DNA of 51,363 nt from an uncultured Chlamydiae bacterium. GTDB lineage: Bacteria; Chlamydiota; Chlamydiia; Chlamydiales; CALBHK01. Position 1 is the stretch's first letter. Each line of letters starts with the position of its first letter. Under the pieces are notes generated by a model. It ran no database searches, had not been told where the DNA came from, and was given only the letters and a program-made list of their open reading frames with translations. A program made the translations under genes and the position numbers. The stretch lies in NCBI GenBank assembly GCA_937894565.1, contig CALBHK010000397.1:1-51363 (forward strand), in the 5' to 3' direction. Of this stretch, positions 43,769-51,363 are shown one piece after another.

Positions 43769-45074
43769 TCAACTTAATGTTGCATGGCTCGTTTCTATGC
43801 AGCTTGTACTTCCTATAACGATCGACAATAACATCGCAATATTTTGGATCGAGCTCGCAACCAAAACATCGGCGGTCCAACTGCTCTGCTGCGATTAGTG
43901 TTGTCCCGGAGCCCAGGAAGAAATCGAATACAAGATCATCCTTCTTTGAGCTGTTATTGATAAGATAGCCAATTAATGGGATAGGTTTCATGGTAGGATG
44001 CTCGGCATTTCTCTGCGGCCTATCGAATTTAAGAAGGGTGGTTTGCTTGCGGTTATTATACCAACGATGCTTCTCTCCCTCTTTCCATCCGTAAAGCACA
44101 GGATCATGGTCGCTGTATTCCTTGCCCCCGAAAAGGACAGGTTCATGCTGCCATTGATAATCTTGCCGTCCAAGAACAAGGGAGTTCTTTAACCAGATAA
44201 GACACTGTGTCATTTTTAAGTTTGACTCCCTGAAAAACCGGCGGAATTTTTCCCCTTCAGAATCGGCATGAAATACATAGATTCCAGCTCCTTCTTTCAT
44301 GAAGACGAAAGCATTCACATAGAAATCTCGCAAAAGGGATTCAAAGTCCTCATTTGAGAGATCGTCATTTTTAATGGTAAGCTTCTCTTTTGTGCCGCCC
44401 TTATACGCAACATTATAAGGGGGATCTGTGATTACCAGATCAATCAGTTCTGACTCAAGTACCTTTTCGATATCACCATGAATTGTGGCGGATCCACAGA
44501 TTAGCCGATGCCTTCCCAAATCATAAATATCGCCAGGCTTAGACTTTGGTTCCTCCGGCAATTCTTCTTCATAGCCGTCATCAATCGCTTCAATCTTTTC
44601 GGGGTCTTTGAACTGAAGTTCAGTTTCGGTAAATCCCCAATTGAACAAATCTTTTACCTCCCATTCATTGGCTAAACGCTCCCAATCCCATTCCCCAGAA
44701 TTCTTATTGCTGCGAATAAGATATTCTTCAGCTTCCCTGGAAGTAAGCTGCCGGTTTGGAACCCGCACTTCGATTTTTTCTTTTCCACGACCTAGTGCTT
44801 TCATAGCTTTAACCCTCATGTGGCCAGCCAAGATAGTATTATCTAGATTGACGACGATGGTCTCCACATAGTTAAAGCTTTTTAATGATTGCTTTAGCTT
44901 TTCCATCTGATCTTTTGTGATCTTGCGAGGATTTTTCTCGTGATCTTTGAAGTCTTTGATCTGCCTGGTTTCCGTATGCCATACCAGCTCATCTAAAACG
45001 ATTTCAGATTCTTGCGCGGGGGTCTCAATTTCGACCGGCTGGACCTCCGAATCCTTAGTTTTGCTCTTTGCCAT
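43749..45074 (-). CDS. ParB-like nuclease domain fused to an N6/N4 DNA methyltransferase
   Basis: 441 aa. ParB box NTILAGHMRVKAMKALG, motif IV VITDPPYNVAY, and motif I FDFFLGSGTT after it (beta-class order). Confidence 0.85.
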   Translation of the reverse strand: MAKSKTKDSEVQPVEIETPAQESEIVLDELVWHTETRQIKDFKDHEKNPRKITKDQMEKLKQSLKSFNYVETIVVNLDNTILAGHMRVKAMKALGRGKEKIEVRVPNRQLTSREAEEYLIRSNKNSGEWDWERLANEWEVKDLFNWGFTETELQFKDPEKIEAIDDGYEEELPEEPKSKPGDIYDLGRHRLICGSATIHGDIEKVLESELIDLVITDPPYNVAYKGGTKEKLTIKNDDLSNEDFESLLRDFYVNAFVFMKEGAGIYVFHADSEGEKFRRFFRESNLKMTQCLIWLKNSLVLGRQDYQWQHEPVLFGGKEYSDHDPVLYGWKEGEKHRWYNNRKQTTLLKFDRPQRNAEHPTMKPIPLIGYLINNSSKKDDLVFDFFLGSGTTLIAAEQLDRRCFGCELDPKYCDVIVDRYRKYKLHRNEPCNIKLNGENYA

Positions 45075-45182
45075 CTTTCATCTCTCTGATTTAATTTTTT
45101 TTCTTGTACAGAACTTGTAGACCAATTTTTTCCTAATTACCAAATTGGTAAAAAACGATAGAAAATCGGTATTTAAGATTTA

Positions 45183-45222
45183 AGAGAGTAATTGAGGAAG
45201 GGGAGTAGAGAGAGTAATTGAG
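45183..45222. repeat. Two 14-bp direct repeats (agagagtaattgag) with a 26-bp period
   Basis: Copies at 45183-45196 and 45209-45222, between DUF1064 and the MTase gene. The 15-bp palindrome ttaccaaattggtaa lies nearby at 45137-45151. Confidence 0.75.
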
Positions 45223-45243
45223 TAGAAGCCTTAATGGCTTAAT

Positions 45244-45585
45244 TTAAACTTTGCTGACGATTTCAATGGTAATTGGATATAAATCCTCAACCATCTTTCG
45301 CTTTGTCTGGCTTAAAGCCGTATCCTTTCCTTTGGTATCGATAAAGCTTATTTCACCATTTGCATAAAAAACTTGAAAATCACAAACATATCGCACTTTT
45401 CCAGGGAGGTCAAAGGGGATTTGTCTTAGAAAAAACAAAACCTCTCCTGCTTTTTGAAGGATTTGGAGCTTATCGTAATACCTTCGCTCTAATTTCGATG
45501 GGAATTTTTTACCATCCCTCTCGCAAGGAACTGCACCAAATTTATGCTTTGGTCTCCCTTTTGGTCTAAAAAATTGTATAGTCAT
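45244..45585 (-). CDS. DUF1064-like phage protein (putative nuclease/resolvase-like)
   Basis: 113 aa. KFGAVPCERDGKKFPSKLERRYYDKL.....GEV..F..Q..FDLPG.VRYVCDF.V....GE..FIDTKG matches the DUF1064 pattern as I recall it. Confidence 0.65.
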   Translation of the reverse strand: MTIQFFRPKGRPKHKFGAVPCERDGKKFPSKLERRYYDKLQILQKAGEVLFFLRQIPFDLPGKVRYVCDFQVFYANGEISFIDTKGKDTALSQTKRKMVEDLYPITIEIVSKV

Positions 45586-45748
45586 TTGATATAGGCATGC
45601 TCCTCTGATATTAAAGAATTTTTATTCTGTCAGATTTTTTGATTTTCTTGCATCTACATATTGAACATACGCGTGGTAAAGTGCATATGTCCATTTTACA
45701 TGCAATATGGCGAGATTAAGATGAAATTGCCAGATTTAAGGAAAGATG

Positions 45749-45776
45749 AAATAGGGAAACAGCTGTTTCCCTATTT
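45749..45776. terminator. 28-nt perfect palindrome (hairpin) downstream of the small lipoprotein gene
   Basis: aaatagggaaacagctgtttccctattt. The 12-bp stem around the agct loop is flanked by A/T runs. Located 28 nt after the stop at 45804. Confidence 0.5.
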
Positions 45777-45803
45777 AGAATGACAGCTGCTGCTTAGAGA
45801 ATT

Positions 45804-46007
45804 CTAATTATCAGAATCACCTTGAGGAGTCGGTAGGCCCTTCATTCTGGGACCTTCGCTATTTCGTTTAGTACTTGGAGCATTTCTAGTTGCTACAATA
45901 CCCTTCATGCGAGGTCCTTCAGGGATATTTTGATAATCGTAAGTTTGACAACAGCATCCTTGAAAAATGGGTAGAAGTAAAAGAAGTAGCTGAGAAAATT
46001 TCGACAT
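45804..46007 (-). CDS. Small secreted protein or lipoprotein with duplicated EGPRMKG motif
   Basis: 67 aa. The N-terminus MSKFSQLLLLLLPIFQGCCC is a hydrophobic signal followed by Cys. Two copies of EGPRMKG(I/L). Confidence 0.45.
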   Translation of the reverse strand: MSKFSQLLLLLLPIFQGCCCQTYDYQNIPEGPRMKGIVATRNAPSTKRNSEGPRMKGLPTPQGDSDN

Positions 46008-46016
46008 AAGCAGTCC

Positions 46017-46880
46017 TCATTTTTGATTCTCTATAAGATTGGTATTTAATCGAAGCCAATCGTTAATCTTAACTAGAACCTGATCAATGTTTAAGGGTAG
46101 ATTCTCTGCACGCAAATTTTTTAGATACTCGCTCCAAAAATTTTGCATTCGCGACCTTTCGTCCTTCTCATATGCAATCGGCAAAACAAGGATGGTCTCC
46201 CGATGCTCGAATACCGTGCGTATAATCCCTTCTAAATTAAGGAAGAACGGCAATTGTGAAGAGGATATCATGGAATAAAGGTCGTGAAAGTCTTTCATGC
46301 GGCTATTAAAGGAACCTCGATGGACAATCGTCTCCAATTTTTCGGCAAAAATAAATTCTTTGGGATAACAAGACAGCTTTACACTGCTTTCAAAAAGCAT
46401 GCCTTTCGAAGGTGTTGTTAGTGGAATCGAATATTCAATAGGTTCTACAACGTCTCCAAAGCCAATATCTATAGCAACTTTAAACCTAATATTGCCAAAA
46501 TATGCAATCATCGCTACTTCAGCTCCTGGATATCCCATATGAGGATGGGCCAGTTCGCTTACTTTAAGCTCTTGAAAGATAAATCCATCTTTAAGGTCAA
46601 TGCTTGCGATTTCCTCAAAAATATTCCTTAATTCTCCAACTCCATTACTCAAGCTTTGTGCGAGAAAATCGAGATCGCTTGTTTCTCTCCCAATTTCGAT
46701 ATATTTGGAGAGAAGAATACCGCCTTTTAAGACAAAATGCTCACGGAAATTCGACTTAGCCAAACGCACGAGAAAGCGCTCAAGTGTGAGATTCTGCCAA
46801 AGATCAGCGGGATCTCGATTTTTTTCTTTCGCGATAGCTCGCAGTTTTGCTTTAAATGATTTTTCTAAATCCGACGTCAT
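46017..46880 (-). CDS. AbiEii/AbiGii-family nucleotidyltransferase toxin (DUF1814), copy 2
   Basis: 287 aa. Motifs FVLKGGILLSKY, GRETSDLDFL and RMKDFHDLY. Collinear with copy 1. Confidence 0.85.
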   Translation of the reverse strand: MTSDLEKSFKAKLRAIAKEKNRDPADLWQNLTLERFLVRLAKSNFREHFVLKGGILLSKYIEIGRETSDLDFLAQSLSNGVGELRNIFEEIASIDLKDGFIFQELKVSELAHPHMGYPGAEVAMIAYFGNIRFKVAIDIGFGDVVEPIEYSIPLTTPSKGMLFESSVKLSCYPKEFIFAEKLETIVHRGSFNSRMKDFHDLYSMISSSQLPFFLNLEGIIRTVFEHRETILVLPIAYEKDERSRMQNFWSEYLKNLRAENLPLNIDQVLVKINDWLRLNTNLIENQK

Positions 46881-47470
46881 GTTGTATAAGATAAAATGTA
46901 TGGGGTGATGTTTACACGCAACGTCTTTGCATATGCGCCAAGTTTTTTAGGGTCTGGCTTATATTTAGTGTTCTGAAAATATTTCTGAATTGCTTTTATT
47001 GCAATTTCCTTGCTCAGATAGCGAAACGCATCAACAATACAACGCTCTCTATCAAAAATATGGACGTTATATTCACCTAAAGCAATTTCGATTCTTCCGA
47101 GCTCAGTATTACGCATTCTGACGATTCTGGTATTGGGTCGCTTTGAAGGATGGGATTCATGGGGTACTGCAATCCAGATTTCTCGCATAATCTGATCCGT
47201 CAAATCGTAGTAACAAAGCGCAGAAATCAAACAGATGACCCCATCAGGAATGCTCGCTGCAACCAATGCTAAGTTTTCCCACTGAATCTCAACTTCTGGT
47301 TCATATTGAGCAAAGCGGTAAGCTCCTGGATAAATCCTTTCTAAAGTGCCTTTTCTCACTAAATAAGCTAGTGCATGCCTTGGGACATCCTGTTTTTCTG
47401 CATCTGCTGCTGTAAAAAAAGGAACGTTAAGAAACGGATCTAATTGCTTCATATATTTTGATTGTCTCAT
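46877..47470 (-). CDS. AbiEi-family antitoxin/transcriptional regulator, copy 2
   Basis: 197 aa. The core IPDGVICLISALCYYDLTDQIMREIWIAVPH is nearly identical to copy 1. ATGA-type overlap with abiEii-2. Confidence 0.8.
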   Translation of the reverse strand: MRQSKYMKQLDPFLNVPFFTAADAEKQDVPRHALAYLVRKGTLERIYPGAYRFAQYEPEVEIQWENLALVAASIPDGVICLISALCYYDLTDQIMREIWIAVPHESHPSKRPNTRIVRMRNTELGRIEIALGEYNVHIFDRERCIVDAFRYLSKEIAIKAIQKYFQNTKYKPDPKKLGAYAKTLRVNITPYILSYTT

Positions 47471-47757
47471 TTCTTAAATCTATAAAATCTACCCGTTTAA
47501 GTCAAATGGGTTGTTCTTGAAGAATTTATCGTTGACGTCAAATCAAAAAAGACTTTATAAGACAAGTAAGGAATATGCACAAAGAATTTTAATATTTGAT
47601 GCAATGATAGCGTTTGTCATTGATTTTCAAAGACATGCATACTCATGGTTTTATAAATGAGCGGTCAAAATCAAGCAAATTTGGGGGAAATCGCCGCTAT
47701 TAAGGGAAGCGCCGCCCTTGATGCCTCTTGCCAAAAACATAGCTATAGGCGCGATAT

Positions 47758-49053
47758 ATGATTAAGACTATAGGTTTTGGGCTACTTCTTTTACTTTGTT
47801 CATTAAGAACATTTTGTATTGCTGACGACAATATCAATTTTTCTCCTCTTCAATTGAATGTTCTAGTAGATGAAGTCATTCGTCGAAATCCAAATCTTGA
47901 TGCAACGCGTTTAAGAATTCAAGCTGCACATGAAGTTGTTCACAGAGTACAGGTGCTTGACGATCCTCAAGTAATGATCACGTCTGATCAAAATAAATTT
48001 CATAAGACTAGTGACTTTACCCCTATGATGGGCTATGAGATTAGCCAGGTGATTCCCTTCCCTGGCAAGCTGCGCTTGAAGGGAGAAATTGCACGGCAAG
48101 TCATGTTACAGCAACAGAGCATACAAATTACGACCTATCGCGAGCTCATTCGACAAACCAAATTACTTTACTATCAATTATATACTAATGCTGTTTCTAT
48201 AAGAATTAATACAGATAATTCTAGCCTTGTTAATGCGCTAATTGAAGATAGCATGGCACTGTATCGATCTGGAAAAGGAGAATATGTAGATACAATTAAG
48301 ATGCAGTTAGAGCTACAAATGCTAGAAGAACAGCGTCTCATGCTTGAATCTGAAAAAGTAATGTTCAAGAGTATGCTAAATGCTTTATTGAATCGTTCTC
48401 CTAATGAAGCTTTAGGTGACCCGATAGCCTCTTTTACCAAACCATTTCAACTCTCATACATTCAAGCCGAATCAATTGCCTTAACTTCGCGATCAGAACT
48501 TCATCGAATGCAGGCGATGGTCATGGAACAGGAAAAAATGGCGCAGCTAGCACGCCGTAACTACTATCCCGACTTCGAAGTGGGTGTAGCATATGAAAGA
48601 ATGAATAATAATTTTGATGGTCATGTCGATGATGCCATAATGTTCAAGGTAGGGTTTAATCTTCCGATTTGGATTCCAGAAAAACAAGCAAGAGAAGTGC
48701 GTGAGGCACGTGCTAATGCTTTTGCGAACCAGAAGGAATTGGAAGGAATGAAAGCCATGATCTCCGGAAAATTGAAGGAGCTACTTGCAAAACTCAAATC
48801 TACTGATGATAAAATTTCTCTCTATAGAGATGGAATTTTACCAAAGGTCAAAGAAGCATTCTCAGCATTGCTCTCTTCCTTCCGTTCTGGTGAAGGAAAG
48901 TTTGTGCTTCTGCTGGATACTTGGCGACAAGCGTTTAATGCTGAACTTGAGTATGAACGCTTTCTTTCAGAGCGCGAAATCATCATAGCAGAACTAGAGC
49001 GTGCAATGGGTATGACATTGGAGGAGATCTTATGCGACTATACGATGCGATAA
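47758..49053 (+). CDS. Outer-membrane efflux protein, TolC/CusC-like
   Basis: 431 aa. Signal peptide MIKTIGFGLLLLLCSLRTFC, TolC-type repeats, first gene of a C-B-A operon. Confidence 0.75.
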   Translation: MIKTIGFGLLLLLCSLRTFCIADDNINFSPLQLNVLVDEVIRRNPNLDATRLRIQAAHEVVHRVQVLDDPQVMITSDQNKFHKTSDFTPMMGYEISQVIPFPGKLRLKGEIARQVMLQQQSIQITTYRELIRQTKLLYYQLYTNAVSIRINTDNSSLVNALIEDSMALYRSGKGEYVDTIKMQLELQMLEEQRLMLESEKVMFKSMLNALLNRSPNEALGDPIASFTKPFQLSYIQAESIALTSRSELHRMQAMVMEQEKMAQLARRNYYPDFEVGVAYERMNNNFDGHVDDAIMFKVGFNLPIWIPEKQAREVREARANAFANQKELEGMKAMISGKLKELLAKLKSTDDKISLYRDGILPKVKEAFSALLSSFRSGEGKFVLLLDTWRQAFNAELEYERFLSEREIIIAELERAMGMTLEEILCDYTMR

Positions 49054-50219
49054 AAGGTGCGATCGTTGCGTTTTTTGTGGCGATTACGGTTATAAGCTGC
49101 CAATCAGAGCAAAAACCACAGGAACAGAAATCAGAGCAGAACGATAAACCTACAAGTATGTCGAATATGGAAGGCATGCCTCCTCCGGGATATGCAGAAG
49201 TAAAAATCGATCCGCAGCGTATCCAACTCTTTGGAGTGCGTACAGAAAAAATTATTTCTCGAGAAATAAACAAGTCTATTCGTGCTGTGGGCATTGTTGC
49301 TGCTGATGAAAGGCGTGTCGCAAATGTTCAAACAAAGTTTAGTGGATGGATTGTCGATCTCTATGTGAACTTCACCAACCAGACTGTCAATCAAGGAGAG
49401 CCTTTATTTTCTGTCTATAGCCCCGCTCTTCTTGCCACTCAAGAAGAATACATAATCGCGAAGAAAGGTTCAAAGAATCAACTTAAAGGGACTTTTGGTG
49501 AGGAATACTCCCGCACAAATCAGAAACTTCTTGAATCAGTCAGGCAACGCTTAGAATTATGGGATATTCCCCAAGAAGAAATAGATCGTTTAGATCGACA
49601 AGCTATCCCCATGAAAACGCTTACCCTCCGTTCTCCTATCAATGGAATTGTGTTACAGAAAAATGCTTTTGCTGGGATGAATGTTGAACCAGGCATGAAT
49701 ATCTTTACTGTTGCCGATCTTTCTCACGTTTGGGTATTGGCGGATATTTTTGAACAAGATATCGCCTCTATTCGCATTGGGCAGCAAGCAACTTTGACAA
49801 TGAATGCTTATCCTGGAAGAACTTTCGAGGGACAAGTTGATTTTATTAATTATGTCCTTGATCAAACGACGCGAACGACAAAGCTTCGCTTTGATTTCAA
49901 TAATATGGAAATGCTTTTGAAACCAGGCATGTACGGGGTTATTGAGTTAACGATCCCGATAGGATTTGTATTGGCTCTTCCTGAAGCAGCAGTTATCGAC
50001 ACCGGAACAAAAAAAATTGTATTCATTGAAAAAACACCAGGTTTTTACAGACCTATTGAAGTACAACTAGGCGCCAAAGGAGGAGGCTACTATCAGGTTT
50101 TAAAAGGTTTAAATGAAAATGACTTAGTGGTAACGAGCTCCCAATTTTTGATGGATTCAGAGAGTCGGATCCAAGCCACTGGAGGGGGAATGCAAGGAAT
50201 GGAGATGGAACAAAAATGA
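49032..50219 (+). CDS. RND efflux periplasmic adaptor, CusB-like
   Basis: 395 aa with a GGAGGAG RBS. Lipoprotein-like VISC, Met-rich N-terminus (MSNMEGMPPPG) and C-terminus (GGGMQGMEMEQK), and IDPQRIQLFGVRTE typical of the CusB family. Confidence 0.8.
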   Translation: MRLYDAIKGAIVAFFVAITVISCQSEQKPQEQKSEQNDKPTSMSNMEGMPPPGYAEVKIDPQRIQLFGVRTEKIISREINKSIRAVGIVAADERRVANVQTKFSGWIVDLYVNFTNQTVNQGEPLFSVYSPALLATQEEYIIAKKGSKNQLKGTFGEEYSRTNQKLLESVRQRLELWDIPQEEIDRLDRQAIPMKTLTLRSPINGIVLQKNAFAGMNVEPGMNIFTVADLSHVWVLADIFEQDIASIRIGQQATLTMNAYPGRTFEGQVDFINYVLDQTTRTTKLRFDFNNMEMLLKPGMYGVIELTIPIGFVLALPEAAVIDTGTKKIVFIEKTPGFYRPIEVQLGAKGGGYYQVLKGLNENDLVVTSSQFLMDSESRIQATGGGMQGMEMEQK

Positions 50220-51363
50220 TCGCTGCCATTATTGAATTCTGTGCAAGAAACCGTTTCATTGTTGTGATTTGTACAGCTTTGATATTGCTTTGGTCTGCCT
50301 GGGCGATTCGTAAAAGCCCCATCGACGCTCTCCCCGATTTATCAGATACGCAGGTCATCATTTTTACTGAATGGATGGGACGAAGTCCAAATTTGATCGA
50401 AGATCAGATTACTTATCCCCTTGTGACGACTTTTCTTGGAGCTCCCAAAGTCAAACTCGTGCGTGGCTTTACAATGTTTGGCATGTCTTTTGTCTATGTT
50501 ATCTTTGAAGATGGCACAGACATCTATTGGGCCAGAAGCCGTACTTTGGAATATTTATCTAAAATGCAAGGCAGGCTGCCGCCTGGAGTTACGCCTCAAA
50601 TGGGTCCTGATGCTACAGGTGTGGGTTGGGTCTTTGAATATGCTTTGGTCGATGAGTCTGGAAAATACTCCTTGCAGGAACTTCGCAGCTTTCAAGATTG
50701 GTATTTGCGCTACTGGTTGACTTCTGTACCAGGAGTTGCTGAAGTAGCCAGCGTTGGAGGATATGAGAAAGAATACCAAGTGGAAATCGATCCCGTTAAA
50801 TTGCAAGCTTTCGAACTCTCCTTAGCCGACGTTAAGCAAGCTATTGACCAATCAAATTTAGATGTGGGTGGGCGCGTCATCGAGCTTGCGGAACATGAAT
50901 ATGCGGTTAGAGGACGAGGTTATATTACAGATAAAACCATGCTTGAAAAAGTTGTGGTCGGAACAGATGGTAAAGGAACACCAATTTTAATCAAAGACAT
51001 TGCCCATGTGCAAATTGGCGGCAATATCCGACGGGGTTTAGTTGAATTAGATGGTGAAGGGGAAGTGGTCGGCGGCATTGTTGTGATGCGCTATGGAGAA
51101 AATGCGAGAGAGGTGATCAATCGCATTAAGGCAAAACTTGAAGAAATGGCCTCATCATTCCCACCAGGCGTTAAACTCATTACGACTTATGATCGCTCCG
51201 GACTCATCGAACATTCGATGGCAACACTTTCTGAGGCGCTAATTGAAGAAATTATCATCGTCTCAATCATCATTATGCTCTTTCTGTTTCACTTTAGATC
51301 AACACTTGTCGCCATTATCACCCTTCCTATAGCTGTAATGGTCTCATTTATCCCGTTGTTTTA
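50216..51363 (+). CDS. cusA: Cu(I)/Ag(I)-type RND efflux pump CusA, 5-prime partial (runs off the window)
   Basis: Not in the ORF track because there is no stop inside the window. The ATG at 50216 overlaps the cusB-like stop (ATGA). My translation MIAAIIEFCARNRF...IDALPDLSDTQVIIFTEW...VYVIFEDGTDIYWARSRTLEYL...GPDATGVGWVFEYALVD aligns closely with E. coli CusA as I recall it. Confidence 0.85.
   Translation, partial: MIAAIIEFCARNRFIVVICTALILLWSAWAIRKSPIDALPDLSDTQVIIFTEWMGRSPNLIEDQITYPLVTTFLGAPKVKLVRGFTMFGMSFVYVIFEDGTDIYWARSRTLEYLSKMQGRLPPGVTPQMGPDATGVGWVFEYALVDESGKYSLQELRSFQDWYLRYWLTSVPGVAEVASVGGYEKEYQVEIDPVKLQAFELSLADVKQAIDQSNLDVGGRVIELAEHEYAVRGRGYITDKTMLEKVVVGTDGKGTPILIKDIAHVQIGGNIRRGLVELDGEGEVVGGIVVMRYGENAREVINRIKAKLEEMASSFPPGVKLITTYDRSGLIEHSMATLSEALIEEIIIVSIIIMLFLFHFRSTLVAIITLPIAVMVSFIPLF

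Larger units (their letters stand above)
41938..45585 (-). mobile_element. Prophage packaging / DNA-modification arm (DUF1064, ParB-MTase, terS, terL)
   Basis: Four co-oriented phage genes on the same strand as the morphogenesis arm, but separated from portal by 17.4 kb. Confidence 0.75.

Overview
The window is a mosaic of phage-derived DNA and metal-resistance DNA. No rRNA, tRNA or CRISPR array was seen. All family names come from motif recognition by eye and need HMM or structure confirmation.

**Layout**
1. 63-24542, minus strand: an uninterrupted, tightly packed morphogenesis operon of a contractile-tailed (myovirus-type) prophage.
   - Head and neck: portal, Mu-F/SPP1-gp7-like head morphogenesis protein, DUF2213-like scaffold/protease, capsid-associated protein, DUF2184-like major capsid, neck proteins.
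   - Tail: sheath, tube, a G/GT chaperone pair with a T7 -1 slippery site, and a short tape measure.
   - Baseplate: hub, spike, W-like, J-like and DUF2612-like proteins.
   - Fibre cassette, unusually large: a tail-collar fibre, further fibres and three paralogous glycine-rich proteins.
2. 24.5-41.9 kb: a 17.4-kb largely non-phage block that sits exactly where terL would normally abut portal. It holds:
   - a palindrome-rich spacer;
   - an RHH gene plus czcCBA plus a translationally coupled P1B ATPase;
   - a stand-alone P-loop ATPase with a nuclease-like C-terminus;
   - MITE-like inverted repeats and a small CBM-like gene;
   - glgC split by an IS (15-bp terminal IRs, 5-bp TSD, clean in-frame restoration);
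   - a tyrosine integrase, another RHH gene and an AbiEi/AbiEii pair.
3. 41.9-45.6 kb, minus strand: terL, terS, a ParB-nuclease/DNA-methyltransferase fusion and a DUF1064-like gene.
4. 45.8-47.5 kb: a small secreted or lipoprotein gene and a second AbiEi/AbiEii pair.
5. 47.8 kb to the end: a cusCBA-like operon, with cusA cut by the window edge.

**Most notable observations**
- One ~85-90 aa module is shared by the capsid-associated protein, the sheath and the baseplate J protein (twice in J).
- Five consecutive fibre-cassette genes carry a common N-terminal tag.
- The packaging genes are separated from portal by the cargo block.
- A repeat family marks both sides of the metal-resistance segment.
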